Below the pieces are notes generated by a model. The model searched no databases, was not told the origin of the DNA, and was given only the letters and a program-made list of their open reading frames with translations. From the NCBI GenBank assembly GCA_001687465.1, contig LVLI01000132.1, positions 1 through 64,000 of the forward strand: DNA of 64,000 nt, in the 5' to 3' direction. The translations under genes were made by a program, and so were the position numbers. This DNA comes from Halocafeteria seosinensis. Its lineage: Eukaryota. Shown piece by piece: positions 24,972 through 37,819 of the stretch (its first letter is position 1; each line of letters starts with the position of its first letter).

Positions 24972-25991
24972 TTTGCACGAAATTGACGTCGACGAAGTGT
25001 CCCATAAAGTCATTCGACCTGCATGAAGCGCAATTAGGACAAAGCGATCGCCCCGGCTGCTCCATCCACTTTTACGGCTAAACAGCGTTGGGATGGTTAA
25101 CCAGTTTGACGTCGATGAAGTGCCCCAGGTCCCCTCGTCATGTCCCAACGTTGTGACCGGGCGCTAGCGGACCCTTTAAGTTAACGCAATTATCGAGCGA
25201 AAGAGGTGAATTTGCAACCCTGTTATTGCAGAATATCGAACACAACAGGAGAGAAATAAAATACATTGTGACTGAACTTAATATAGACGAGAACCCTATG
25301 TACTGTTTGTCTTGAAAGATGGGCCAACTCTCATAGTTGCCCATACATCCGTGGAAAAGAACTTGTTTGCACTTGGCCGTGGTGAAAGTGTACACAAATT
25401 GGTGTACGCCCGCACGAATGGTGATGAAGAGGTCAACAGGCGACCTCAAAAGGTGTTGAGTCGCTTCCTGAACAGAAGCGTCAAGACTACTTTGATTGAT
25501 GGAGGAGGGGAAGCAAATCGTCACTCACATGGGAATGCAGGTCCTGGAGCAAGCGATGTATCTCAGGCGCAGCATCCGAAGGGAAGCCGCGGGCAAAGTA
25601 AATGCAGCGCACGTGGATCTCGTAGCAAGTAGCGCTCAGGTCAGACACAAAATTGCAGACTTTGTCCCAGAAATGGAATCATAGACATAGCCGAATTTTG
25701 GAATAACCGCTGTAAAGCCTTCCTTTTTTTCGTGCTGGCAGCAATATCAAGCTAAGCCAGCCACTCACACGTTCCTAGAACCGAGATATCATCAAGTCTA
25801 ACAGCACTTTCATACCGCCCTTAGTCTGAATCTGACCGTTTGTATCGCAGTGATATGGGATTCATCCAGTTGCGTAAGACGATGTTACGCTGTCTTGTAC
25901 AACCTAGTTATTAATCAACAACGAATTCTGTCTTGTGCAAAAGGCTTTGCCTTCTCATGCACCCCGAAGTGAGCGTACCGGTATGAACTCT

Positions 25992-26118
25992 CCACACATG
26001 TGACAGATAGCCCACCCGCGAGGAACAAGTTGTTACGAGGAGCGGTATGCGCCTGTGTTAAGCAGCTACGGGACCGCTGTTCCTGCAGCCTCGCTAACAT
26101 GCGCCGTGGGAGACGCAC
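25992..26118 (-). repeat. Dispersed structured repeat, copy 2 (inverted relative to copy 1)
   Basis: Minus strand reads cccacggcgcatgttagcgaggctgcaggaacagcggtcccgtagctgcttaacacaggcgcataccgctcctcg...ggtgggctatctgtcacatgtgtg. Confidence 0.85.
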
Positions 26119-26536
26119 TCCAAGAGAGAGGTAAACGAATGCAATACATGCACCTAGAGCATAGTCAAAATGCTGAGCTGCATGCGGGATATGCTGCCAG
26201 CTATTGTGCAGTGCAATCAACAACACCTGAATTTGGAATTCGTTCATCCCGTTCAGTACCAGTAGCGTGGAGCATTCCCGTGCACGAAGGAGACCTCTCC
26301 TCTCCTCCAGTGTCCAGTTTAAAAACTGTTGGTAGGTGGTCTTCCCCATTAAACCGATTGACGCATAGTTCCAGGATTCTGCCAACGCCTGGCACTATGG
26401 GCACATGCTTGTGTTTCCGTAGGAAGAGATTACACCGTGCTGTGTATTGCGTGTCTACAATTACATGTATGCTAAGCGCATGTAAGCAGCCCCTATTTGC
26501 CACACTGTTCACTCTTTCGGCAAAAGAGTAAGCACC

Positions 26537-28768
26537 TTAATAATGATTAGCAAAACGGCGATCTCCCCTTGTTTTGAAACCTGGAGTGCTTTCAGCTTTA
26601 ACTGCAGACACCATGGTACGCTATAGACGGACTCTGCTGGACGATACCAATAAACGACGAACTCCTGCTTACCCCCCTTCACTACAATATCAGGAATGTA
26701 TGTCTCCAGAATCTTGTCGAGCTCCTTGATAGTGGATTCACCAATCTTCGGTAGAGTCACTAGGTCCGTCTCCTGCACAATTCACGTATCCCTCGTACCG
26801 GTAATGTATCCCTACATGGCTTGCGGTATGACAAACGAGGTTGGCAGTACATTGAGCTTTTCCTTGTAACCAGGGAAGTTCGGGACGTCCCTCGAATCAA
26901 TATCATTTCGTTCTTTGATCTGGAGGATGAATACGATGCGGTAGAGAATTGTGGAACATTGTACAAGCCTCAGAATTCTTACCTCCTGCAGAATTTTCTC
27001 AAAGTTTTCCATTAGGCTATGTTTTCTGCTTGACTTCCAAATAGATTCCATACTGAACCATTTTCTCATTCTCTCGCCAAGCTCTTTGATCACAAGTGCG
27101 TGTGCCTTCACTTCCGTAGCTCGCCGACGCAGAAAACTTATCTTGTTCTGTTCCGCTTCACGGGGAAGTCTGTTCAGCTTTTCAAGCAGCGCTTTTTCGT
27201 CATTGCGATAATCCTGTTTGACGCTACCGATCTGAGACGAACCATAAAATAGAAAGTAATGCAACTAACCTAGCCATATTTTTCAAAACGGTGCTATTCG
27301 CTAACGACTGAATGTCCTTACGGGTTCCTTTCCGAAGTCTACCGCATACACTTGCTGCAGCTCCGCCCCGTCGAAGCCATTCTTAATTAAAGAGCTCATC
27401 ATCGACGACTGTGCGTTTCGCAAGTCATCTGACGGCATCTGGTCAGCTTTATTCAGAACCACGTAAACCTGCAGTTGAAAAGAACACAGGTAGGTTGGCC
27501 ATAGTTACTGTCATAGAATTCAATCTTAACACTTTCCTTGTCTTCTTTCCCTCGTAGATACGCCATCACTCTTCCAAACTCGTCTGGTACATCCGTCTTG
27601 TAAACATCGAACATTAAGAGGATCATATCTGCTCTTTCTGCGAACCAACGCGTTACCTGCAAAGCATATTACGCCAACTGACCGCCACGAAATGGTTTTT
27701 ACGCTTTCAGCACCCACTTACTGCAGGAAAATCATAAGCCCGTTGAGACACCTGCTTCTTTCCCGCCAACACTCCTGGAGTATCGATGAAGACTACATCG
27801 TCCAGGCGTTTTGCATTACAGTATGCACCCCTGAATTTGCTTAAAAATCCGCTACCAAATTTAGTCAGTCCGGAGAACGGTAAGTTGTCTCGATGGACTA
27901 GAATGTCTCCGGAAAGGGCTACGTCCTGTTCCCCTTTCATGACGGCGATGAACTCACTAGTACTTGGGTGCGGTCCTTCCCGAAGATCAGGATACTTTTG
28001 TCCGAGCAAGTACGTTATGAAACTGGTCTTTCCCGAAGAGTACTGCCCAGATAGCAACACGAGCGGCTTAGAGAATATGTCACCTTTCTGAAGCGAACTC
28101 GACACGAATTTGTTATACTGAGTATCTTCCTCGATCTTCTGGAGCTTCAACGAGTACCTGAACGGTATGTCGGCAAAGTCCATACACTGAATGGTAGGTA
28201 CATCCAAGTGTAACTTACATGCTCCAAACTTTTTCTCTGGTATACCCGTCCTTCTTAAGAAGTTCATGGAAGTCCTCCAAGGCCATGTCCTGCACCGGAG
28301 ACTCGGCGGAAAGTGGCCCAGACCTCTGAAAGCAGACATAAATAATCTGGAAGTATTTACCTTGAAATACCAGCTGTAAAACTGGTACAACAACCAAACG
28401 ACGAGGATGGCGGTGGCGAAGCTACCCAACGTGTGAACCTGCGAGAAAATGAAAAATCGATACCATAGAAACCTCGTAAGCCTGTATATCGCGGGACTAA
28501 CGATTGGCTTTCGGTTTACAGCCTCGCACTAGTCACTTACCCAGCTGGGGACTGCCTCACCACGTTTACGGATATGTGACTCATGTTGATCCCTGGAGTA
28601 CTGCTCTCTGTCGGGTGAAGGCGATCGTTCAGGTTGATAAGCAAACGGTCCAAGCGGATCAGGAGACGGGTGTTCAGGTTCATCAGCAAAACGGGAGTAC
28701 ATGTCTCTGATGGGTGAAGGCGATTCGCGAAAACGATTTCGACGGCGATGCCATTTTTTGTCTGACAT
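26537..28768 (-). CDS. EHD/sarcalumenin-like dynamin-family ATPase with N-terminal TM anchor and no EH domain (multi-exon)
   Basis: KPLVLLSGQYSSGKTSFI (G1), GPHPST (G2), FIDTPG (G3), RAYDF, WFAERADMILLMFD and VVLNKADQ (G4); TM segment FATAILVVWLLYQFYSWYF. 3' end approximate. Confidence 0.88.
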
Positions 28769-29209
28769 TTTCCCTGGGCAAACAAGATGTACGTCAACTG
28801 CGTCCACAAGGTAGAGCGATTGGGTTCCGAACTTCCGAGTGTGGCTTACCGTTGTACAATTGTAGTATGTACACCAGGCTTCTTCCGGGAGCACTAATAC
28901 ACACAGGTAGAACCACAGACGTAAAAAACTTGCGCTTTCTTAGCACCAATACAAACTGTTGCATAATGGTTTAAGCATGCGACAAACGAAGAACATTATT
29001 TGGTTGAAGGTAAGAGGGACTCCCTTAAAGGGCCCCTTTGGAGAAAAACAAAAACGGTCAACTGGATCTTTCCGGAAGAAAGCGTTCTCCAAGATTTTTC
29101 GTGGGCTACTCCATAGATATTACCACAGGGCTCTGTACGGATTGTTTGCTGAAGGAGAAAAACAAGTCGAAGGACAAGTGAAACCCCTCATTGCAGGTAA
29201 CCAACCATC

Positions 29210-31113
29210 ATGGCAGATAACACGACTGAAGGAAGCAATGCGGATGGGAGCACAGAGGAACGATCTCAAAGCGCATCGAGGCAACCTCCGACTGAAGGAA
29301 GCGAGCCGGATGGGAGCACAGAGGACGGCGAACGATCTCGAGACGCATCCAGCCAACTCCCGAACTTGGCTCAAGAAAACAAAAAATCACAAAGTGAAGA
29401 AGACAGCCAGCAGGAACCACATACATGTATGAGAGATGGAACCGGGAGCGAGGTTTCGGAAGTGCCGCAAGTCGCAAGTGGGAATGTGCCCAGCCACACC
29501 AACTGGCTGTGGATTTTTATCTCCATGATAGTCTGCCTCATTGCCGCGTTGTCCTATTCGTCTGTCGAGTCTCCTCCCAAGGAGAGAAGAATCCCTGCAG
29601 CCCTAGAAAACGAGCCAGTCGGAGTGCAACAACTTTGGTCCTTGTAAGTGTCCCAGTACTCGACCGTCATCGAAATCGAACAGTGTCTGCATATATTTAC
29701 ACAACCTTTGCAGTTACGAGTTACGAGTAAAACCGCTTGAAACTGAGCTCTACTTTGACAAAATACTGTCTCCTCATTTCTCACCACGGGAATTCTGCTC
29801 GAAACCATTAGTTTGTTTCACTGGACCATACTCCTCCGGCAAGACTTCGGCAATCCAGAAACTATTGGGCAAGGGTTATCCCGAACAGAAGATTGAGCCC
29901 AACCCTTCGACACACCGAGTAAACATCTTGACGAATGGAAGAGAGGAAAGCATTCTTGAAGGAGACGTCCTCGTGCATTCACCCCACCATCCGTTTGAAT
30001 CACTATCGAGACTTGGCCAGCAGTATACGAACAGAGTTGTTGCCGCTCATTTTCCGTCTGACTTACTCGACGAGGTCTATATTGTTGACACTCCTGGCAC
30101 GACGTACGAAGCTGCGCAAGATTCTGCACATCATCCAGTCACTGTGGCAAACGTACGTACCTGTTTGTTTACTAGACTTTACCCTGCAGAACAGCATCCT
30201 CCTCTACCCCTTGTATCCGCAGTTCGTGAGCTGGCTTGGTGGGCGATCTGACCTCATTTTCGTACTCGTAACGAGCGACACCATCAACGAAGGACTTCCT
30301 GACCATTATGTGCTGGCACTGGAGACTCTTAAAGGGAAAGAAGAAAAGGTCCGTACATCCCTATTTGACGAATAGAGCATTCGCCGCCATGTTCCATATT
30401 TTTTATTCAGATTATTATTTTCGTAACTCGTCCTTTTACTAAAGACGACAAACTTCGTGAGGAAGCACTGCGGCGGATATTCATCGATTATTTCGATGTA
30501 TCAAAGCTACGTGGAATCATATGGGATGAAGAGCCCAATGAACAACCGGTAGCTTCCACTGTTACACATAACAGCACTTCTGGAACTAACTTACTGAAGA
30601 GACATATAGACTACGTTGCAGAACACCAACCCACCCGCTATTTGAAACTACTCGAGCAACGCGTGCACAGCGTCATAGACCATGGAAAGTTCTTGTACTG
30701 TTTGCAGTCAAGGATGTACAAGTGGTTTGGACTGTTCCGGCGAGATATCGATACTGCTTTGGCAGAATGTTTCCAGAATGACACAGTACGTATTGCTGCT
30801 TTATAATTGTCACTATGTCACTTCCAAACGGTTCCGAATTGACGGGGAATGCAGGATACCGGTGCGTATTTGAACTTGCCTGGAGAAGCGTTTTATCGAA
30901 GTCAACTTAAGGTAAGCCTAGATTTGTACCGTTGGCAGATCTATACGACCTCGTTTCCGTACCATCTGTATCATTCAGGGTGTAGACTTGTTCGGTATCC
31001 CCCGTGTTGACATGGCTCAACTGAAGAAATTAGCTGATGGCTATAGCAACGAGGTCAGCAGCATGAAATTGGATGCAGGCCGCGGTGGTGAACGCATCAG
31101 CTCAACGACATAG
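29210..31113 (+). CDS. Divergent EHD-like dynamin-family protein with N-terminal TM anchor and degenerate G4 (multi-exon)
   Basis: KPLVCFTGPYSSGKTS, EPNPST, VYIVDTPG, WLGGRSDLIFVL and LKGKEEK|IIIFVTRPF (G4 position, no NKxD); TM segment WLWIFISMIVCLIAALSY; two-copy ~66-bp repeat near the N-terminus. Confidence 0.8.
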
Positions 31114-31819
31114 CCTATCATAGTGCAGCGATAGAAGGCTCCCCAGCCAGTATTGTTTGTGCATGCGTTGGTCAGTCTCCAACACCTGCAACACCTCAGA
31201 GCGATATGACACATGTATGGCCAGAGCCAGCCGAGGGATATTCACTCAGAGAACTTAGACTCTCCATTGCTCTCCATACCAAGGACAGAGTACACGAGCC
31301 TATGTGACATATACAGTTGCCACCAGCGAGGCAGCTAGTCATTTCTCAATTTCCTCCTTATCAGGAGCAGCGTGAAGCAGGTACTGATGGCAACTGAGTA
31401 TTTCTTTGTGCATCGCAGTAGCAAGTTGTACTCAAAAAATAGACACGTCTGTCTAATTCCATAAGTACCAGCTAGTTCCAACCGCAGCGTTTGCGGAGCC
31501 TGCTCGAGTAACTGTTTTTGCCGGCTCTTCCCCATTTGGATACATTATGTACATACACACATCACTTGTCAACGCTCCAACAACTAGAGGCTGTCGGCCG
31601 CAGATTCCAATTGCAAGGGGTGAACAACTACCAAAATCCCACAGTGTGTCGTCGTGTGCACACGAAGTGTTGGCGATTCGCAACTATCGTGGGACGGCCC
31701 GGACCGCCGGCCGGTTGGGGCTTAACTCGGTTTGATTCGATTTGTAGGGGTTGTGTGTTCGATTCCAATGGCGATCCATTTTGGCTCTCTGATACTAGTT
31801 ACTTTCATAAGGCATTTTC

Positions 31820-33560
31820 ATGAAGAGGCAACAGTCGTACTACGCCGAATCGAGTGAAATGGGGACTAACAACCGCTTGTCAGGAGGGCCTGAAAAGGCT
31901 GAAGCCCCTAAAATGAGGGAGGATGATACCGCCAACAAAAGCATGGATGCCGAGCCGGAGAAGGAGAAAAGAACCCTAGCAAGTGATGACTACACTCAAA
32001 AGCAAAAGATCGGTGTCTGTGTGCTGTATGCTGGTACAAGCATCGCTATTTCTATGTGTTACAAGGTAAAGAAAGCGACCATGTCGTGTAGAGTCACTAT
32101 ATTTGTGTCCTACGATACGGCCTTTTGTTTGTGTCTTCGCCTGCAGACTGTATTGAGCACGTTCCACTTTGAGGCAGAGTTCTTGCTACTCGCTTGTCAG
32201 CAGATTTTGGGCATCGTTTTTTGTCTGTTTGCCCAGGTAAGGCTTCGTGAGACAGTTTTGTGAAGTGTGAATGGAGCTTGGTATCTTCCTGAAACATGAA
32301 ACATGAGTGTCATACAGAAATACTTGAATGACTATAAGATGGTTAGAGTCCCCAAATTTGATTGGTATACCTTTAAGCAGTAAGCATTTATCGGAGTCTT
32401 GTTGAACGTCCTCGGACAGAGTAACGATGCTTGTGCGTTCAGGTCGCTCCCGGTGGGAACGCTCTTTGTTTTCAACATTGGAGTCGGATTCTTTGGTAAA
32501 TATAATGCGTATATGGTTCCAAGGGTGCTTTCATAATTGTGTCACCCGGAATGCGTCATCCCCAGGGTTGAAGATGTCTAATGTGCCAATGTTCTTAGCT
32601 ATTAGACGGACGACGACCATTTTTACGTTGCTAGCTGAGTTCTTCATTCTAGGCCATACGGCGTCTAAGAGAGTCATGTACGTGGTGGATATATGAGCGA
32701 TTATTTATGCTTTACTGGTTTACCTGTTGCTCCCGGATACAGTGCGTCGGTGCTGGTGATTGTTATTGGAACCATCATCGCGGGGTGGCATACGTTCAAC
32801 ACTGAGTACCTCGGATACTTCTTCACTATTTGCAATAACATCTTAACCGCGCTGTATCTCAATATGAGCCGAAAGTTTGGTGACAATTGTGTACGTGGAG
32901 TGGTCTTGCGATTGTCGTGTGCCTGTGTTGTACGCCATACGTGAACTTGCTATGTAACAGGGAGTGAAAGGTTTCGGCTTAGTGTACTACAACGCCTTAG
33001 TAGCAGTTCCACTGTCGCTGTTTATGTCCTTGATTCTGGGTGAATTCGAATATGCTGCCAATTTCCCAGATCTGTTCAAACCAGTAAGATTCATTACGCA
33101 ACACCGTTGCGCTTGTCTCGGGAATACTATGGGTTCCTCGCGTTGCAGACTTTCATTGGTGGAATGATGTTCAGCGCTGTCTTGGGAATCATGATGACGT
33201 ATATTGTCATGCTCTGTGCCAGTGTGAATTCTCCGGTAGTTACCTCCATTACCGGAAACGTCAAAGACATTCTTTCAACAGTGCTAGGTACGTCGTGACG
33301 TGACATCTGTTGTTTCCCATATCCACAATCTGGTTTGTGTTGCCTCGCTGATCACAGGTGCCTTACTATTCGGGTTTGACGCGACAATATCGAACGTCAT
33401 TGGACTGATAATCTCCTTTTGTGGTGCCGGTCTATTCACGTACTGCAAAATGGTCGAAAAAGGGGAAATACTTCCTGCCAAATCTGAACCTGTTGACAAG
33501 AAGGCCAACGAGGAGGAAGACTCTGAGAAGTCTCGTTTGGTTGGTCATCGTGATGAATAG
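31820..33560 (+). CDS. Nucleotide-sugar transporter, SLC35D-like (TPT/DMT family), multi-exon
   Basis: MSNVPMFLAIRRTTTIFT, GLVYYNAL, CASVNSPVVTSITGNVKDILST and NVIGLIISFCGAGLFTY; multiple TM segments. Confidence 0.88.
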
Positions 33561-33868
33561 ACGCGCAGACATCCACAGAGCCGAAGAAAGTAGTTTGTGG
33601 CGTTGTCATTTAGGTAGGGTGAATCAATGTAACTACCGACCCACAAGTTTGTGGGTCTCTTACCCTTAGCTTAGGGCCTTAAGTTGCGGAAAACAACTCA
33701 CTCCACAGTGACACTTCCTCCCATCGTCGCAAAGGGCAATTTTGTTGTTGTGTGTTTGTTGGTACTCTCGAATAGATTTTGAGTCTTTCTACCGAACTTT
33801 AGCCACACTACTTCCTATCGTTGATTGTGTGTGTTTTCCTAAGGACGTATACAACTCGTCTAGTCAAC

Positions 33869-35752
33869 ATGGCATCCAAGACCACCAAGGAACGCACCAC
33901 TTCGGCTGCTACAGCTGAAGAGGAGGAAGAAGCTGAAGAGATTACCGATCTCTCCAACTCAGACGTTGTCACAAAGTACAGATTGGCGGCTGATATTGCC
34001 AATAACACGCTGAATGGAGTGTTGGAGCAGATCAAGCCTGGAGCCAAAGTGGTGGATATTTGCAAAGTAAGCCCCATTTTGAGCTCCCCATGTCTTCTCT
34101 ATGCAGTCTTTGAAGAGCATCCTGCCCTTGGGAGTCGTTCGCTATCGTGTTTTTGTCAAACTTGGAGGGAGGGATCCAAACAGATCTTGTTTAAATTGTG
34201 CCGGGCATTCAAGGGATGAGGCCAAGGGGGAGCTCAGGTGAAGAGCTAAACTACAAAAAGCCTGCAGGATTCACTGGCTATTAAAACCACATGGTGTATC
34301 CAATGAGTGTGGAATTCATCCGACACGTTGTGTGATTGCGAAGGGACTCAAATTTCCCGGGTTTTGTACTCGGATGTTAAGTGGGTTATCCTGGATACTT
34401 CACCTGTGCCTTCCGGTTTTTTTGTCTGGTGCAGTTTGGCGATACATTGATTGAACGACAATGTGGTCAGAGTTTCAAATCCAAGAAGATCGAGAAAGGT
34501 ATCGCTTTTCCGACAAGCTTGAGCGTAAACGAGTGTGTGTGCCATTTCTCACCTCTCCCCGATGAGGACCAAGAACTGAAGGCTGGGGACGTAGTCAAAG
34601 TGTACGTAATCGCCTCCATTACGTTGCGTTACTGAAGTACGTGTAGGTACACGTATTCCCAATTTATTTTGTGTATACAGAGATTTGGGTGCTCACATTG
34701 ATGGATATATCGGCGTAGTCGCTCACACTGTTGTAGTCAGTGACAAACCCGCCGCTGAAATGGAGCCTCTCACAGGGGAGCAAGCCAAGGTTTTTAAGGC
34801 CGCACATCAAGCAGCTGAGCTCTGCGCAAGAGCCGTCAAGCCAGGAGAAGAGGTGAGCTTTACCACTGGGCATGGACATATGTGAGCATCAATACTTTAT
34901 TCAACTCGCAACGCTTCGCAGAATCATACCATCACCAAAATGATTGAACGTGTAGCTGAAGCATATGGAGTTACTGCTACCCAAGCTACACTTTCTCATC
35001 AGCTGAAACAGTATGTGTCGATGTAGTTTGGCATAGACAGCAATTTTTTGTGATAATATTGGAATGCCTATATGCAGATTCGTCATTGATGGAAACAAGG
35101 TTTTTATACAGAAGGAAGACCCTGAGCAAAAGTTAGAGACGTACAAATTTGAGCAGAACGAAGTCTACTCCGTGGACATATGCTTCTCTACCGGTGAAGG
35201 AAAGCCGAAAGAGAAGGAGGCACGGACAACAATTTTCAAGAGAGCAATCGACAACAACTATCGGTGAGTACTTGTGGACGGCCGTCTGGGATACAAGTTT
35301 CGTCAACTGTTGTACGTTCGCAGATTGAAAATGAAAGCTGCGCGTTATGTTCTGAACGAGGTGAATAAGCGGTTCCCGACTTTTCCCTTCACTATTAGAG
35401 CTTTTGAAGACGAGAAACAGGCAAGGCTGGGTGTTGTTGAGATGGAGCGTTCAGACATGCTCCATAGTTACCCCGTATTGTTCGAAAAGGACGGCGTAAC
35501 AACAGCGCATTTCAAGTTCACAATATTGCTGCTTCCGTCGGGCACTACCAAGGTAACTGGATTGGATCTGCCCCCGTATGTGGAAGCTGATAACCAGCGT
35601 AAGTGACCTTCTGTTTCTCTGAAATTGCGGAACTATATGGAGCATAGTTTTTTGTCAATTTTCATGCAGTCCCGGAGGATCTTCAGCCACTGCTGAAACA
35701 ATCCGCTACCAAGAGCCGCCGTCGGCGCAATAAGAATAAGAACAAACAGTGA
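33869..35752 (+). CDS. PA2G4: Proliferation-associated protein 2G4 / EBP1 (M24 fold), multi-exon
   Basis: DVVTKYRLAADIAN, KGIAFPTSLSVNECVCHFSP, DLGAHIDGYI, LKMKAAR..FPTFPFTIR and AHFKFTILLLPSGT; basic C-terminal tail. Confidence 0.95.
34080..34328 (+). ncRNA. Candidate intronic H/ACA sno/scaRNA in PA2G4 intron 1
   Basis: 368-nt intron (34067-34434) versus ~60 nt typical; 10-bp perfect stem 34080-34089/34227-34236; ANANNA-compatible hinge; second hairpin followed by ACA at 34323-34325. Confidence 0.45.
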
Positions 35753-36140
35753 GCTACTTGTTCGGTGTCGAAATGTAAAGTTGGAATGTAATCGAAACTT
35801 TCCTTTGTAGTCCATGCACTTCAAATGAAATGACAGCAATGACGAACTCATCCTCTTCTTTTCTACTTTACTTAAACCGTCGTCATCATATTTTCCAGTT
35901 GATTCATCCTGATCTAGAAATGATCATATTTGGTGGACGGGGATGTATTACCAAAGTAGCTGCTCCTCTGGTACAAGGTATGATATCGTTCTGATACCTG
36001 ATATACCGTGTGAACCTGACTAACCGTTTGTGAACCTGCATATTGTATTGTCGCGCAATTTAGTATACCCTAACGTTTGGGTTGATACCTGACGCCCAAT
36101 AGCTAAATTTGTCTTGAATGAAACCTTGTGTCAAAGTATT

Positions 36141-37522
36141 ATGCCGCCCAAGAAGAAAAGCAACAAGCAAGAGGAGGACGAAGAAGAGCAACGCCGGGCT
36201 GAAGTGGAGCAGGAAATACAGCAGCAAGTACAAGCCGCAAATGAGCGAGAGCAACCGGATATAGAGTCGTTAGGCTTTAACAGCAAACTAAAAAGTTCAA
36301 TTAGTGATGCATTCAGGGAATGCTCCAGTTACAGTGACGGCACGGTGACGGTGGACTCTGTGGCAGGTATTTGTCAGGTACGGCGGTTATGGCCAGGAGA
36401 GATATTAGTGGTTCATAGCCAATGAATTCTCCGGTACAGCAACTGGGACTTAAAGTACGGCCTAATGACGCTCAAGCAGACGATGAAGGGGTTGATATAT
36501 TCGGCGAAAACGATTTGCTTAGCAGCCTACGAGACAACAAGTGAGTATGGAACTGACTGGAGCGAGGACGCATGCAACAACTCAAGTTGTGGCTGCAGTG
36601 AGTCGAGGATCACAGAGGCAGAGTTTTTTGGAGTATACCACCAGACGGCCAGACCAAACAGGAGCTACGGACAGTATGTGTACCTCGCCTCAGCACATAT
36701 TATCTTACTAGTTTCCCAACACCCGCTTCATTCCTTGTACTGGCGTCGACAGAGCACTTCGTGAGGCAGCAGGGAGAGGAGAAATCCAAACAGTTAAGGA
36801 CTTTATATATCGAGGATGTGACCCGGGAGGAATTGACGGAAAGGGATGGACAGGTGAGCTCTGTTCCTGCAACTAAATCAAGTTTTTACATTGTACAACT
36901 GGAAACGTATGCAGCCGTCCACTATTCGGCGGAATTCGGTAGAACAGAAACCATTACGGTAATGCAGGTATGTTGAGTACTCAGTTCCTCGTGTGTTCAT
37001 TTGCAATTGTGTTTGGGTTAATCTCGTCCGACCAGAAACTCTGTGGGATAGGGGTCTTAGATATCGACGCCCCGGATAATATGGGTTGGACTCCATTGAT
37101 GATAGCATGTAACACAGGTAGGATGTCTTTTCGTGTATTAGTGCAGTATATCCGTTCACTATTGGCAGTCTGTGTCAATCTGCAATACAGGGAAAGCAAA
37201 GACGGTTTCATGGCTACTCGGCGCTGGTGCGGATCCCGAAGCGGAGAATGATCATAAGAGGACTCCTTTGCATATGGCATCCGCAGAGGGATTCGTTGAA
37301 TGCATTCAATGCTTAGTATCTTACAATGTTAATATGGATCCGCAAGATGATGCGGGGTTCACGCCACTCCATCTTGCTGGTCTCCACGGCCACGACCACG
37401 CTGTTCGCGTATTGCTCGAGAACGGTGCACAATCAAGTGTCCAAGACATTCTAAAACACACTCCTGATTATTGGGCTCATAAAGATGTTCAACGAGCCTT
37501 CCCATCCAGCCTTTCCAAGTAA
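36141..37522 (+). CDS. Ankyrin-repeat protein with degenerate N-terminal EF-hand-like region (multi-exon)
   Basis: GWTAVHYSAEFG, GWTPLMIAC, RTPLHMASAEG and FTPLHLAGLHG ankyrin motifs. Confidence 0.85.
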
Positions 37523-37687
37523 GGTCGCGAAGGACACGTTGTCGCCGGAGTTGCGCTTCAAGCGAGGCCCTGGGATTCTCCAGTGCACCTTGTGCGGAAA
37601 AGTCTATATACACCTACCTGGTAGTACTACACTACATAGTTCTTCTACCTTCCGGTGTTATTGTTGCGTAGAGGTGATTCTCTTCTC

Positions 37688-37745
37688 TTTCTCTCGTCTC
37701 TCTCTCTCTCTCGCTCGCCCTTTGTGTGTGTGTGTGTGTGTGTGT
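37688..37745 (+). repeat. Compound (CT)n/(TG)n microsatellite upstream of the GH31 gene
   Basis: Directly visible. Confidence 0.85.
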
Positions 37746-37819
37746 AAACTGCTGGAGTGACAAGTGTCCTGCAGCTTCCAAGCCCGGGTTACGGGGAGAA
37801 AAAGCCTCCAACAGGAACA

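Noticed and set aside
29223..29325. Two-copy ~66-bp repeat as a separate element
   Set aside because: It is an in-frame peptide repeat (TEGS..DGSTE) in the disordered N-terminus of the EHD-like gene.
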